A stretch of 63,165 nt of DNA from Negaprion brevirostris (lineage: Eukaryota), in NCBI GenBank assembly GCA_030324005.1, contig JARDVH010000031.1:9380539-9443703 (forward strand), given 5' to 3'. The position numbers were made by a program, and so were the translations under genes. Under the pieces are notes generated by a model. It was not told the origin of the DNA and searched no databases. It saw nothing but the letters and a program-made list of their open reading frames with translations. Positions 1 to 11,309 of this stretch are shown one piece after another. Each line of letters begins with the position of its first letter. Positions within the stretch are counted from its first letter, which is position 1.

Positions 1-74
1 AAGTGGACCACCTCGCACTTGCCAACATTAAATTCCATTTGCCAGTTCCTGGCCCATTCGCCCAGCCTATCTAG
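1..74 (-). mobile_element. CR1 LINE ORF2 fragment (RT C-terminal part), runs off window start
   Basis: Reverse complement translates to LDRLGEWARNWQMEFNVGKCEVVH, the typical CR1 'W...WQMxFNxxKC.V.H' motif. Confidence 0.85.
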
Positions 75-796
75 TGTGTAGCCCCTTTCTCAGTCTTACA
101 CAGTGGCAATCACCCAAGCCATGTAGGTGTATCAATGCACCTCAGAGTGCAACTTGACATATGTTGACAGCTTAATTACCTTTATACTGTTTGTAATGAC
201 CATTTTAAAATGTCTAATGTTTCTTTGATTGTATTGAAGCCCTTCAGAGTGCAACATGTTGCAAATAGAGAACATGAATATTATTGCACTTCGTGTAATG
301 GCAATTTTGAAATGTTTATATCATTCTTTCAGATATTTTGTGAGCAAAGTATATTTTTACAAAATAACAAATTGATTAGAGGAAAAAGGAAGATTAGAAT
401 TTTGTGTCACTATTCTGCATTAAAAGAACAGGCTTAAAGGTGAATGGACAGTATTTTAACCCACTTCACAAGGCCAAAAAAGTGTTCAAGAATTTTGATG
501 CTTTTGGTGGAATTTCCTCTGTCATTAACAGCAAACCTAAGATTAAATCTCTTGTCACAAAAACCTTTGCATTCCAAGGAAAACGACAGTTTTGTGAAGT
601 ATTTTGAATTGTTTCAGTGCTTAGGCAAATACAAATACTTATTTGTTTAATTTGGTGCTTTGAAGCACCTGATAAAAGTAGTAAAATCGAAGAGCAATAT
701 TCAAGGTAACTCGACCCTTGAGCATTGTGCACAACATGCATCCCTGGACTGTGAGAAATGCAGCTCTGTTGTTATCACTTCCTGGCTCCCAATGAT

Positions 797-873
797 TGAA
801 AAACTGCAGCAGGCGACGGTGCAGAGGGACCTCAGGGTCCTTGTGCATGAGTCGCAAAAACCCAGCCTGCAGG
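797..873 (+). mobile_element. CR1 LINE ORF2 fragment abutting an N gap
   Basis: Translates KLQQATVQRDLRVLVHESQKPSLQ, matching the CR1 'QRDLGVLVH.S.K' motif; followed by Ns 874-1041. Confidence 0.75.
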
Positions 874-1560
874 NNNNNNNNNNNNNNNNNNNNNNNNNNN
901 NNNNNNNNNNNNNNNNNNNNNNNNNNNNNNNNNNNNNNNNNNNNNNNNNNNNNNNNNNNNNNNNNNNNNNNNNNNNNNNNNNNNNNNNNNNNNNNNNNNN
1001 NNNNNNNNNNNNNNNNNNNNNNNNNNNNNNNNNNNNNNNNNCCTCAGCAATGCTCCTCTTTCTGTTCTCCCAGCTTACCATCAGGCTGCATTTTGTATGA
1101 TCTGAATGTTTAATCCCCTTTCCTTTGCCCGAGGAGGTAGTTCCAAACATGAGCCAGTCTTTGATAAAACTTATTCCCTAGACCTCCTCTGAACTTTACT
1201 TTTCACTAATTTAGATTGATGCCTGAGGCCTAACCTTCCCGAATTACTTTCCAGCAATATTGTGCATTTCCCATTCCTGTGCCAGGTGAGAAATTGTAAA
1301 CCTAACTTTCTCTCTAAACTGTGGAGTCTAAATGCCTTCAATGTTTTCTCTTCGGAACACTTTTCATCCACGAGTCACATCGAAACTTTTTCCGATATTT
1401 AAGTTACAGCAGATACAATTCTTATCCTGTAGAGATGTGACTGTACAGCCACTGTGCCACTGTTCCACACTGAGCAATGGTAAACTGGAAACGTGCTGGT
1501 AACCACGGAAACAGAGCAGGAAATTCAGATACCATTAGGAGGTAAACCTTAACCATGAGA

Positions 1561-1988
1561 AAAGGACTTGCCTTTACATGGCGACTTCCTTGACAAAGTG
1601 CTTTTCAATCAATGACATGGTCTTTCAAGGGTAGTTGGTATTCTATTGTAGGAAATGCAACACGCAATTTGCGCACAGCAAATCCTACAAACAGCAATGT
1701 GATAATGATTAAAATAATTGTTTTTATGTTGTTTGAGGATTAAATTGTAGCCAAGACACAAGAGATAACTCCTGCACACTTCTTCAAAAAGTGCCAAGAG
1801 ATCCTTTACAGCCATCTAAGCAGGCAGATTGGACTTCTATTTAATGTCCCACCCAAAAAACCCGCAACAGTGTAGCACTCCCTCAGTACTGCACTGGAGT
1901 GGCAGCCTTGGGTTTTGTGCTCAAGCCCTGGAGTGGGACTTGAACCCAGAACCTTGTGATTTACTACCAACTGAACCACAGCTGACAC
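1561..1988 (-). mobile_element. Deu-domain SINE (SacSINE1-like), near full length
   Basis: Minus strand has a tRNA-like head (GTGGTTCAGTTGGTAG...GGTTCAAGTCCCACTCCAG), then CAGTACTGAGGGAGTGCT, core GGATTTGCTGTGCGCAAATTG and tail ...AAAGGCAAGTCC; similar copies elsewhere in window. Confidence 0.8.
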
Positions 1989-2346
1989 ATGGACGTTTTG
2001 CTCCCTGAAATATGTTCTTTATAACATATGCATTAGAAGATCTTAAATTGATTCAATGGAAGAACTCGGCAGAGTAAGCAATGAAACAATCGAACAAATG
2101 GAAAGGAACATTTCCATGTTGTCTGACAGGTTGCTTCAGTGATGTATCTCAAGTGGATTATTATAACACACTGTGTTAGCTCAAATTCAACCCCAGGGAT
2201 TTGATCTGAAATGCATCTGAGACCAATGTTTTTCACTTCAATTTCTCAACTCACTTCATAAAGATTATTTTGGCATCTGTCTGGAAGAGAGAGTAGGTAA
2301 ATGTGTCACCCAGTATGGTAGTCAAACAGTAAGAGCCCAGGGAATT

Positions 2347-2577
2347 CAGCACGATGATATAGTGGTCAGCACTGCTGCCTCACAGTGCCAAGGACCCAGG
2401 CTTGATTCCCGACTTGGATCACTGTCTGTGGGGAGTGTGCACATTCTGCCCATCCTCCTGTTTCCTCCCACATTCCAAAGGACATGCTGGTTAGATGCAC
2501 TGACCATGCTAAATTCTCCCTCAGTGTACCTGAACAGGCACCAGAGTGTGGCAACTTGAAAATGTTCATAATAACTT
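2347..2577 (+). mobile_element. HE1-type tRNA SINE, 3' truncated
   Basis: Head TAGTGGTCAGCACTGCTGCCTCACAGTGCCAAGGACCCAGG..GATTCCC and body GTTTCCTCCCACA..CCAAAG, shared with copies at 25614, 37157 and 37757. Confidence 0.85.
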
Positions 2578-2668
2578 AAAGTTTATTTATTAGTGTCACA
2601 AGTAGGCTTAAATTAACACTGCAGTGAAGTTACTGTGAAAATCCCCTAGTCACCACACTCCAGCACCT
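2578..2668 (-). mobile_element. HE1-type SINE 3' tail in opposite orientation
   Basis: Reverse complement GGTGCTGGAGTGTGGTGACTAGGGGATTTTCACAGTAACTTC...AAGCCTACTTGTGACACTAATAAATAAACTTT matches the tails at 25815-25887 and 37930-38005. Confidence 0.85.
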
Positions 2669-3344
2669 TGTGTAGTAAATCAGGTACACTAAGGGTGACA
2701 AAACCAGGTGAGCTGGGGAGGGAAGGTAAAATCTGATGAAACTCAGGTTCATTTATTTGGGGGAAAACAGCTCAAAATTCCTCACTGACCCACCTCAGTG
2801 ATCACAAGATCTGAGATTATGTTCATTTAGGATGTTCTTTAAATCGAGATCTTTTTCTTTTTGATCAGCACCATTCTCAGTACTTCAAGGGGATTGTTAC
2901 ATTGTCAAGGCTCTCACACAGGACATAAACTAGGTTTGATTCTGACTTTCCATGAAGTTAATCTCAGCTTCAGCTCCTGATCAACACTCAAAACAGCAGT
3001 AGTAATTTACATTTGTATAGTACCTTTAATGTATTTGCAAACCTGTTCACAGGTCAATTAAGGAAACACAGGTGAACCACTGTAAAGATGCACTTTCACA
3101 GACTTCATTAATGAACACAGGAGGTATTTATTAATAGCCTCGTAGTTGCAGCTAGTTTTCAAAATGTCTCTTTGCCAGGAACCCATCACCATGGGGTGAT
3201 TCCATGCTGAGCCCCAATTGGCCACACAGGCTGCTGCGTTTCTCTTAAAGCGCCACTCACTGCAACCACCCAGCAATAACCTAGGCACTGGAAACAACAG
3301 TGGCACATCCAGGCCAGTTAACCTTGCAAAGTCCTCCTCATTAA

Positions 3345-3630
3345 ATCTTCCAATCGCCAGCCTCCTAATGGTTTCCCCAACACCCCCTCACCTCCGATTG
3401 CAGGCCGATTCGACCTCCCTCCACCTCCGATCGTCAACCTACTCGACCACTCTCGAACCCCCCCCAACAGTCCCTGAGATTACCGTCCAGGGTTCGCTGA
3501 TCATATTGAAATTTCAATTTCAATATAGTAATCAGCCTCGCGCCAATTTCAAAAAACATTGCCTGGGATACTTGCGATCAGCCAACGACTGGCTACTTCA
3601 GCAGCACAGTGGACAAGGAGAATCGCCCCC
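3345..3630 (+). mobile_element. Right-end fragment of GC-rich non-autonomous DNA element
   Basis: C-rich body ending in GGAGAATCGCCCCC, the same terminus as the elements ending at 8450 and 49085. Confidence 0.6.
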
Positions 3631-3634
3631 ATAG

Positions 3635-3795
3635 TTTTTAAGGAACATCTTAAGGGAGGAAGGAGAGAGACAGGGAAGCAGAGAGGTTTATAGAGAAGAT
3701 TCTAGAGTTTGCGTAGCCGACAGCTGAACTCATGGCCTCCAACCCTGGAGTGATTAAAATTAGAGATATACAATTTACTAGAACTGGAGGAACTT
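3635..3795 (-). mobile_element. L2-type LINE 3' fragment
   Basis: Reverse complement of the L2 3' region seen at 24005-24352 and 26895-27150 (TCCTCCCTTAAGATGTTCCTTAAAAAC). Confidence 0.6.
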
Positions 3796-4025
3796 TCTTG
3801 AAAGTGCACTTGTTCAGACACTGGATAGAAAAATATTCAAGCAAGATCTACACTGTTTTTGTGGTCAAATTCATCCGAATAAAGCTCAATGTGTGGGCTA
3901 ACACATGAAGAGTACTGATCTGGAGACTGTGCACAAGTATCCTTGGAACCATCAGCCAATAAGAGTCAGTGGCCTCAATACATCAGACACAAAAAAACAT
4001 AAAAATTAGGGGGGAGAAAAATCAT

Positions 4026-5103
4026 GGATGGAATTCTGCCCCAAAAATTTGAAGTGTCGAATTCATATGAAAACTGGAGTAAATCACACTGGTTTTTTCA
4101 GTGGGAGTTCAGAGGAGAACTGTGATTCACTCCAAAAATCAGTGGGCTGAAAATCAACATATTCCCACTGGAAGGCCGGCAGCGTGGCACTGAGCAGGCT
4201 ACTGAGCATGCACTGATCTGTCAGTGTCAAGATCGGCACATGCGCAGTGGCCCCTGTCTGCCAGTCCCCTGATTGCTGCCTAACTCCACAATCTCTGCAA
4301 CGCCGGCTCTCCGCCCCATCCACAGCCCGATCGCTGGCCTCCCCAAGTATGCTTGGGCAAGCCTCAACCACCCCTCCTGCAATCCCCCTCCCTTCCACCA
4401 ACAGTCCTGAACACTCCCCCACTATCCTGACACCTCCCATGCAGTCCCAACTCCCCCCATGCAATCCAGACCACCCTCACGCAGTCCTGATCCCCTCAGC
4501 AAGCTGCAACTCCCCACCTGGATCATTGGCCTCTCTCCCTCCCCCACAATTCTCTCTGTGGAGTGGCAGCAGGAACCACCACTCCCCCAGAGATCCTGCC
4601 CCATCAGATCCTGCCCCTATGAGGCCCTGTCCCCTTGGCACTGCCCCATGTCCAACGGGCAGTGCCAAGGTGGCTCTGGGCATTGACACTTTGTCCCTTG
4701 GGCAGTGCCAGGGCACAGACTAGCACTGCCAAGGTGCCAATGCCCCACCATCCAACCCTCTGGGGGGCCCCGATTCCCCCATTCACTCTAGTGGGGTCAG
4801 GCCCCCAGCTCCTCGAAAGTGATGAGCCACTGTAAACCACGCTGAAATATTCCTGGTGGGGGGCGGTAGAGGCTAGTGGGCCCAGAGACTTCAGTCGCAG
4901 GCCCACTAGTGACATTTAAATTATATTGAAGTCCTTATCTACATAAGTTATGCAGCTCCCTGCCGCTCTCCAGTGCGGAGCTGACATTGCCAGTAATCTG
5001 ACACCGGGTGATGCAATCGGGGCGGACACCCAGTGCAGATCCCATGCATTGGGTGCCGCTTGAATCTGCCGGCACTCTGAGTGAAAAAATTAGTGCAGCC
5101 CCC
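4026..5103 (+). mobile_element. GC-rich non-autonomous DNA transposon (MITE-like, PIF/Harbinger-group-like)
   Basis: Left end GGATGGAATTCTGCCCCAAAAATTTGAAGTGTCGAATT...AAAACTGGAGTAAAT is shared with 7444, 48603 and (inverted) 11146; C-rich body with GGCACTGCCC/GGGCAGTGCC repeats; sharp GC rise versus flanks. Confidence 0.75.
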
Positions 5104-5334
5104 TGCAATGAACATTTTCAAATAAAACTTATGCTTAAAACCACTTCCTACAACATTCATATAAAAAATATCTTTTGAATTAGCACAAGTGAATACTTCG
5201 AACACAAGTTGCCTTTGTGCAAAATCTCATTTTAAATGGCTTTGCAATAAATTATGTACCTGCACAACTTAATACCATTCCCACTGGCTGTATTATACTA
5301 AAAATGTTAATATTTCCTGTAGATCTCTCAATAA

Positions 5335-5535
5335 GTTGGTGGTTAAGGATGCGGGATTGAACCACACACATCAGGAGGGTCACAGTCCAGGAGTCAAAAC
5401 TGAGGTAGCTGACCTCAGCTAGGGAGGGAATTGGAGAAAGGGAGCCAGGCAGGGAAACAATCCTGATAGCTATTCAGTGACCCCTGCTGGGGAAAGAATG
5501 TGGATGAGGGCAGGTTGGATGAGAGCAAGACTTGC
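5335..5535 (+). mobile_element. Old SINE fragment (LF-SINE-like)
   Basis: CTGAGGTAGCTGACCTCAGCT and ATCCTGATAGCTATTCAGTGACCCCTGCTGG resemble a shark SINE body; related pieces near 23870-23980 (-) and 27270-27450 (+). Confidence 0.4.
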
Positions 5536-5677
5536 ACATACAGGGAGGAAAAGGAATTTATTATTTTGCAAAAAATGGAAAACATGTTGCTCAACTGGCA
5601 GAATCTTTAAAGTTAGACATGGCAAACAGATTTACTACACACATGAGCATTTCATACATTTACATTCATAATGATAT

Positions 5678-5893
5678 CTATGGCTCAGTTGGTAGCCATC
5701 GGAATCAGGCGGCTGTGGGTTCAATTCCACTCCAGTGACTTGAACAAAAGTAGGCGTATGTCGCAAAGGTAGCATTGGACTGCTCTAGGTGTTGCCTTCC
5801 TGATGAGACATTAGAGTGAACTCCATCGATCCTCTTGGGTCAATGGAAAAGATCCCACGGCAATCCTTCAAAGAGGAGCAGAGGATTATTTCT
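5678..5893 (+). mobile_element. Deu-domain SINE 5' half
   Basis: Head TGGCTCAGTTGGTAGC...GGGTTCAATTCCACTCCAG, then GATGAGACATTA and AAAAGATCCCACGGCA..TCAAAGAGGAGCAG. Confidence 0.7.
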
Positions 5894-6495
5894 GCATATG
5901 TTCCCAAAGGATTGTATTGAGGGCACAATTTAACACCTCAAAAATTCAAGAAATTCGCACTGAGAGTTCTCTATTTGCCAATGCAATGAACTGGAATTGC
6001 TGGCTATAATTCAGGATGACAACCCAAACAGAGAAAGGCAGTATTCTCTTTAAAAAGGGAATTCTTTTTCTTAATCTAACTTTTCCCTTTCAATCTAAAA
6101 AATGCCATCTTCTTCATAAGGTGTGAAGTGTCAGTGGAAGTACTTCATTGATATGACACACACACATTACCAACATGTCACTGAGTGACATACTGACAGA
6201 TTGAATGAAGATAGCAGTTTGAAGGACTCAGTAGGTGCAATTTTATTATCAGAAGGACTACAACCACTGCCAAATTAAATTCACATAGATGTTAGATTAC
6301 AATTTTCTTTGAACGAGCTCTGTCTCATCTGAGCTACATGTCGTAGAAAATAGTTCACTTTCATTTCACAATGAATTGAAAGGACAGACTCATGCTCCGA
6401 CGATTCAAGGAAACTGTAAGACAACTCAAGGGATGTCCAACAGACCCTATTAATGTAAGACACAAAAACAACATCTACTGGAAAATAATTCTGTG

Positions 6496-6655
6496 CTCCT
6501 ACAATTCCAGCATCCTGGAAATTTCTGATTTTGTTCCACCAATGGAGGCTGTGCCTTTAGTTGCGCTGGCCAAAGCCCTGCAGTTCACTCCTTAGGCCTC
6601 TTCCCTTCTCGCCTTTAAGGAGCTCCTTAAACCGAGTTTTTGAGCAAGCTTTTGG
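6496..6655 (+). mobile_element. L2-type LINE 3' fragment
   Basis: CCACCAATGGAGGCTGTGCCTTTAGTTG...CCTTTAAGGAGCTCCTTAAACC..GAGCAAGCTTTTGG, homologous to the other L2 3' ends in the window. Confidence 0.6.
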
Positions 6656-6684
6656 GATGCTTTTGATTACAATCCCACTGACAA

Positions 6685-7215
6685 GGAAGTTTCCCAGCAG
6701 CAGGATTGGATGTGGGACAGCTGCCTCCTGAACAGGCAGCCAGTTTAAATAATCAATGACCTAGCTATGGTTGATTCTTTGGGACTACCGGCAATTTGAA
6801 GTGGGCGGAGTAGTTTTGCGATGTGTGGGAAGCCGGTCAGCTTCATGAAGACGGCCTCTGAGGGACCATCAAGGCTTAAGGCTTCATGATCCAAAGAGGG
6901 AGCCATGAGCAGGGAAAGTCACCATGAGGCCCCAACTACCTACCCAGGAGGTAGTTGGGGCCCTCTGATTTAAAACTTACCTTTCCAAAGGTAATGTTGA
7001 AGTGTCTTCTTGACCTCCAACTTTCTTCAGCAGCAGAGGTTTTAGACTACTAGCTCTGATTGTGGCAGCAGCACCATATCCTGTTTGTCACTCTTCATTG
7101 GATGGCAAGCCCAAAGGCAGTCAATGTGAGACCTGCTTCTGGGAAAGTAGCTAGCTGGTCCCAATGCCATTTCATCCGTCGTTAGGATCCTGAAGTTCAC
7201 GCTAAAATTCGGCCC
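6685..7215. mobile_element. Degenerate non-autonomous DNA element
   Basis: Ends in AAAATTCGGCCC followed by ATT, like the other GG..CC-terminated elements; left end uncertain. Confidence 0.4.
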
Positions 7216-7443
7216 ATTATGTCCAAGGTTTATGATTTTACATGCAACTTAACAAGAATAAACATCCATAAAAAAGTAAGAGGAGCTGACTTTCACAAGT
7301 AACAGACAGAAAGATTTCCATGAAACTGCCTTGCAAGAAACTCAAAAGAAATAAGTATTTCTAACGATGAGAATATCTTCAGTCCTTCTAGCTGTAAACA
7401 ATTCAGCACTTCCTTCCTTTAAATTGACATGAAAAAGAAGCGG

Positions 7444-8450
7444 GGGGGTGCAATTCTTCCCAAAAAGTTCTGTGTCGAATTTGCGGGAAAACTGGAGAAA
7501 TTCACACTGTTTTTTTCAGTGAGAATTCAGAGGAGAATCTCCCACACTGTGTCATGCAGAGGTCACTAGTGTGTATATCATTAGATTTCAGGGGGCAGGG
7601 TCTATTCACGCTGGAAAGGCTGAAACAAGCAGGCCTCTGTGCACGGCAGTGGCTCTGTACTGTCTGCCTGCAGTTTGCTGGCTAGTTCAATCGCTGGCCA
7701 GCCAGCAGTCCCACATTATTGCACTCCTAGCACCCCACAGCCTGATCGCAGCCCTCTGTCAATTTGTGGGCCACCCCTGAAGACCCCCCACACCCTGGCC
7801 GCACCGATCTCCAGTCCCTCCCCCCTTTATAAGCAGATCCCTTTCCCCCTCCTGGCAGAACCACCCCTGGCAGACCACCCTTCCCCCGTCAGCCTGCCTC
7901 GATCACTGCTCTCCCTCCAGTCCCGACCGGATCCCGATCCCAATGCAGAGTGGCAGCGGGAAGCCCCTACCCTCACTGATCACCCCCTAGGCCCCACGCC
8001 CAATAGGCCCCACTCCCTTGACACTGCCCATGCCTGGCTGGCAGTGCCATGGTGCCCCCTAGGCATGGGCATTTTGCCACTTGGGCAGTGCCAGGGCACA
8101 AACTGGCATTACCAGGGTGCCCATGCCCCGGACACCACCCCTTCTGCCTGGTCGCCTGGGGGGCCCCAATTGACCCCCCTTCGCTCCAGCAGGGCCGACC
8201 CGCTAGTTCCCCGAATGTAGGGAGCTAGAGTAATCCCCGCTGNNNNNNNNNNGATGGGAGATGCTAGCAGGCCTGGAGAATTCAGTCCCAAGCCCGCTAA
8301 TGGCATTTAAATAGTAGGTTAAGTTCTATTTAAATGCTAGGTCCGCCTCCCAGCTGATTTCTGGCACCACGCAGGCATTACCAGAAATCCAGGCCTGGGA
8401 AATGCAAGCATGGCATTTTTTTAGCGCAGTGGGCTGGGAGAATCACCCCC
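7444..8450 (+). mobile_element. GC-rich non-autonomous DNA transposon (MITE-like)
   Basis: Imperfect TIRs GGGGGTGCAATTCTTCCC / GGGAGAATCACCCCC; left subterminal region and body homologous to 4026-5103. Confidence 0.8.
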
Positions 8451-8699
8451 AAGGTCTTTTAATCCAGCTGTTAGACTGTCAATTAACAACCCCTGAATAT
8501 ATTACACTGAACTGTGAGACATCTGCTTTAACTTGGATTTATATCTGGCTGTTTACTGTTAAAAGTTAAAGAAGACAAATGATAGTTCTAATATATTCAT
8601 TTGGTGAAACTAAAATCAATGTCCTTCCTGCATCTACAGTTTGAAACAGATTTTCTAGGACCAGTGGTAATGAGTCCCTTATTTGCTCCAAAGAACCGA

Positions 8700-9012
8700 A
8701 CACCTTTCAGATGTGACTTTAAACTGGGGCTCCATGTGGCCTCCCAGACGGATGTAACAGATTCCCTGGAATAATTTGTAGAAGAGCGGCAGAGGTCTCG
8801 CCAGTGTCTTGGACTTCAAATAACATGATACAACAGGTAACCTGTTTATGAAATTACTATTTGTGAGAGCTTGCTATGCACAAACTGGCTTCTGCTATTC
8901 CTATAATTCAACAGTATTGACACAACAAAAAGTATCTGGTTGACTGTGAAGTTCTTTAGGACGTCCTGGAGTCATGAAGGACAGTTTATAAATGTCTTTG
9001 TTTTTCTCTTTC
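8700..9012 (+). mobile_element. Deu-domain SINE body and tail
   Basis: CTTTCAGATG..TTAAACTGGGGC, TTTGTGAGAGCTTGCTATGCACAAACTGGCT, GGACGTCCTGGAGTCATGAAGG..TATAAATG. Confidence 0.7.
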
Positions 9013-9060
9013 TGGCTGCCTGTCTCATTTTCTTCCATTATTTCACAAAACTTCTTGATG

Positions 9061-9470
9061 ATATTGTATGGCTATGAAAACTGGACTATCGAGAAGAATG
9101 ATGAGGCTTGAATAGAAGTATCTGAAATGAAAGCACTCAGACGAATGTCATGTGAGTCACGGACAGCCAAGCAGGCAAACGAGTGGGTGCTCAAGAAAGT
9201 TGGTGTCAAGCAGGATGGGTTTGAGGCAGTGGTACCAAGGAAACTCACAAAGTTTGAACACATGATGCAAATAGGTAGGGAGTATGAGGGAAAAAGGGAT
9301 AATGCAAGCCAAAAACACCCTGGAAGGTATGCACAATGAAGGCCCAAGATGGCATGAATGGATATCAGAATGGCATGAATGGATATCACTCTATAGGATA
9401 GGCAGTGAGGGCTTTGGAGAATAGAGATCAGTGGGGAAAGATTGCTTATATTGCTGCCAACATTTGGAAC
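9061..9470 (+). mobile_element. RTE-clade (BovB-like) LINE 3' fragment, disrupted
   Basis: Translates ILYGYENWTIEKNDEA*IEVSEMKALRRMSCESRTAKQANEWVLKKVG..RKLTKFEHMMQ..RPKMA*MD, matching the RTE C-terminus YGxESWT..EM..RRM..WT..N..VL..FGH..RP..WMD. Confidence 0.75.
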
Positions 9471-9645
9471 AAGGGCGGATGAAAAATAAAGTTCACAATA
9501 AGTTTGATTACATCCTTAATTTCTACACCTTATTAAGAAGAAATTGTGAAGCATTTAAAAACAGGTTAAGAAAATCTAGAAGCACGAGTTGAAGGACAAA
9601 TCCCCAAATTAGAAAACCCCAGCCACCACCTTCTGTCTGTCTAGT

Positions 9646-9744
9646 TTAAAAGAAATAGTAAAATCTCTTAAGACAGCTGTTCTTTGTGCCTGGCTCTTAA
9701 AAGAAATAGTAAAATCTCTTAAGACAGCTGTTCTTTGTGCCTGG
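9646..9744 (+). repeat. Tandem duplication, 51-bp period, 48 bp identical
   Basis: TTAAAAGAAATAGTAAAATCTCTTAAGACAGCTGTTCTTTGTGCCTGG at 9646-9693 and 9697-9744. Confidence 0.95.
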
Positions 9745-10509
9745 TTCTTCTTCTTGTGTTCTATGCCAGATACCTTGACTGGAGTGAACACTACCTGAGT
9801 GAGGTGCATCAGACCTCAACAGGATTTCATACTCGAATGTCAGAGAAAGGAAACAACTGAAGCTTTTCCCAAATAGACAAATTCTCAGACCAAATATGTT
9901 CAAAAAGCAATCAATGTCAGCAATTTGCAAAATTAATTGCCTTAGTTCCTCTCAGCAGAGGAGAGCATGCACTTTCAGCTGTTGGAACGCTGAGTCCTTT
10001 GATACCAATCTGTAGAAATATGGCTATGAATCTGAATACTGCACTAGTACCCGAAGACTTGGTGATACATCAGGCCAACACATATAAAATCCAGCCGACA
10101 GTACAGGAGGTAAGATTAATACAATTTAGCTTGTGGCAACATTAAAGTCATTTGTTATCCTTCTTGCCATCAAGCAACTCGATCTCCTCCTCAAACAGGA
10201 TAAACCAAAACATAGTTGACACTGATAACATTCCTCCACCTTTGATATAATGTTCTCTTAATGTCTCACTTATTAAATGAAGAACTCAGAAGAGGTAGTG
10301 TAGTGCCTTTTCACATGTAGTATGTAAAATGCAGTTGAATTATCCCAATCTCTGCTAAGTAGGTTCTAAATGAATCGTAAAGTTGTGGGGTTGAGTCATG
10401 CATCAGAAATGAGGTCATAACCTTGGCTGGCAATAAGTTCCCATGCCAGTTTTCCCTTCTGTTGTGGTCAATATTTATCCTTCAATGTCAATTTAATTGT
10501 TGAATGACA

Positions 10510-11290
10510 GCTGAAGTTCAAGTGCTAGTATGCTTGGTTCTGAGACAAACAGTTGCGGGTTCAGGTCCCACTCCAGGACTTGAATCTAGCAAGCAAGGCT
10601 AGGATTCCAGTGTGGTACTGATGGAATGCTGTACTGTTGGAGGTGAGCTTTTTGGATGAGATGATTAACTTAGGCCCTTTCTGGTGGACATAAAACATCC
10701 TACGGTACCATTTCAAAAAGCACATGGGAGGGCTCCCCAATGCCCTGGCCAATATTTATCCCTTAATCAAAATCACATAAACAGTGGGGTGATTCTCCCA
10801 GGCCAGTGATCAGGGGTTCAGAGGGGCAATGTGGTGGGATCGCAGGGCTGGTTAGCGACTGAGCTGGCCAGCGATCAGGAGACCAGCATTGCGGAGCCTC
10901 TGTGCATGCGCCCATCGTTGCTCTGACAGATCAGCGCATGCCCACTGACCCGCTCAGCATTATGCTACAGACTTCTCCAGCAAGAATAGGCCCTGCCCCC
11001 TGATTTTCAGCGTGATTCATACTGAGGCACTCTGCAGTGCATAGAGTGTGGGAGATTCATTTTGAAAATCCTGCTTAAAAAGTGGGATTTACTCTAGTTT
11101 TTATGCAAATTCAACACTTAGAATTTTGTTGGGAGAATCCCAGCCCAGATGATCTTGTTATTTGTTATTGTTATTTGTTGTTAGTTCAGGGAGCTCGCTG
11201 TGTGCAAATCTCCTGTTGCTTTTCCTCCATTGCAACAGTAACTGCATTTTAAAAGTACTTAAGCGGTGCTACGTTAGTGCATCTTTCATT
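10510..11290 (+). mobile_element. Deu-domain SINE interrupted by a DNA element
   Basis: Head GGGTTCAGGTCCCACTCCAGGACTTGA and body to AATATTTATCCCTTAATCAAAATCACATAAACAG; resumes after 11146 with AGATGATC..GGGAGCTCGCTGTGTGCAAAT. Confidence 0.8.
10786..11146 (-). mobile_element. Internally deleted GC-rich non-autonomous DNA element nested in SINE
   Basis: TIRs GGGGTGATTCTCCC / GGGAGAATCCCAGCCC; the right part is the reverse complement of the left end of the 4026, 7444 and 48603 elements. Confidence 0.85.
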
Positions 11291-11309
11291 TTCCAATCAA
11301 AATCATTTA

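Noticed and set aside
1930-1988. tRNA-like A/B boxes here and at 5680, 25620, 37000, 37160, 37760 and 52425
   Set aside because: These are SINE heads continuing into SINE bodies; no complete cloverleaf, so they are not called tRNA genes.
7639-8220. 193-aa Pro-rich ORF, and similar ORFs at 4247-4723, 3218-3634, 17447-17796 and 48635-49087
   Set aside because: They lie within GC-rich non-autonomous elements where stops are rare; low-complexity translations with no transposase or other domain motifs.
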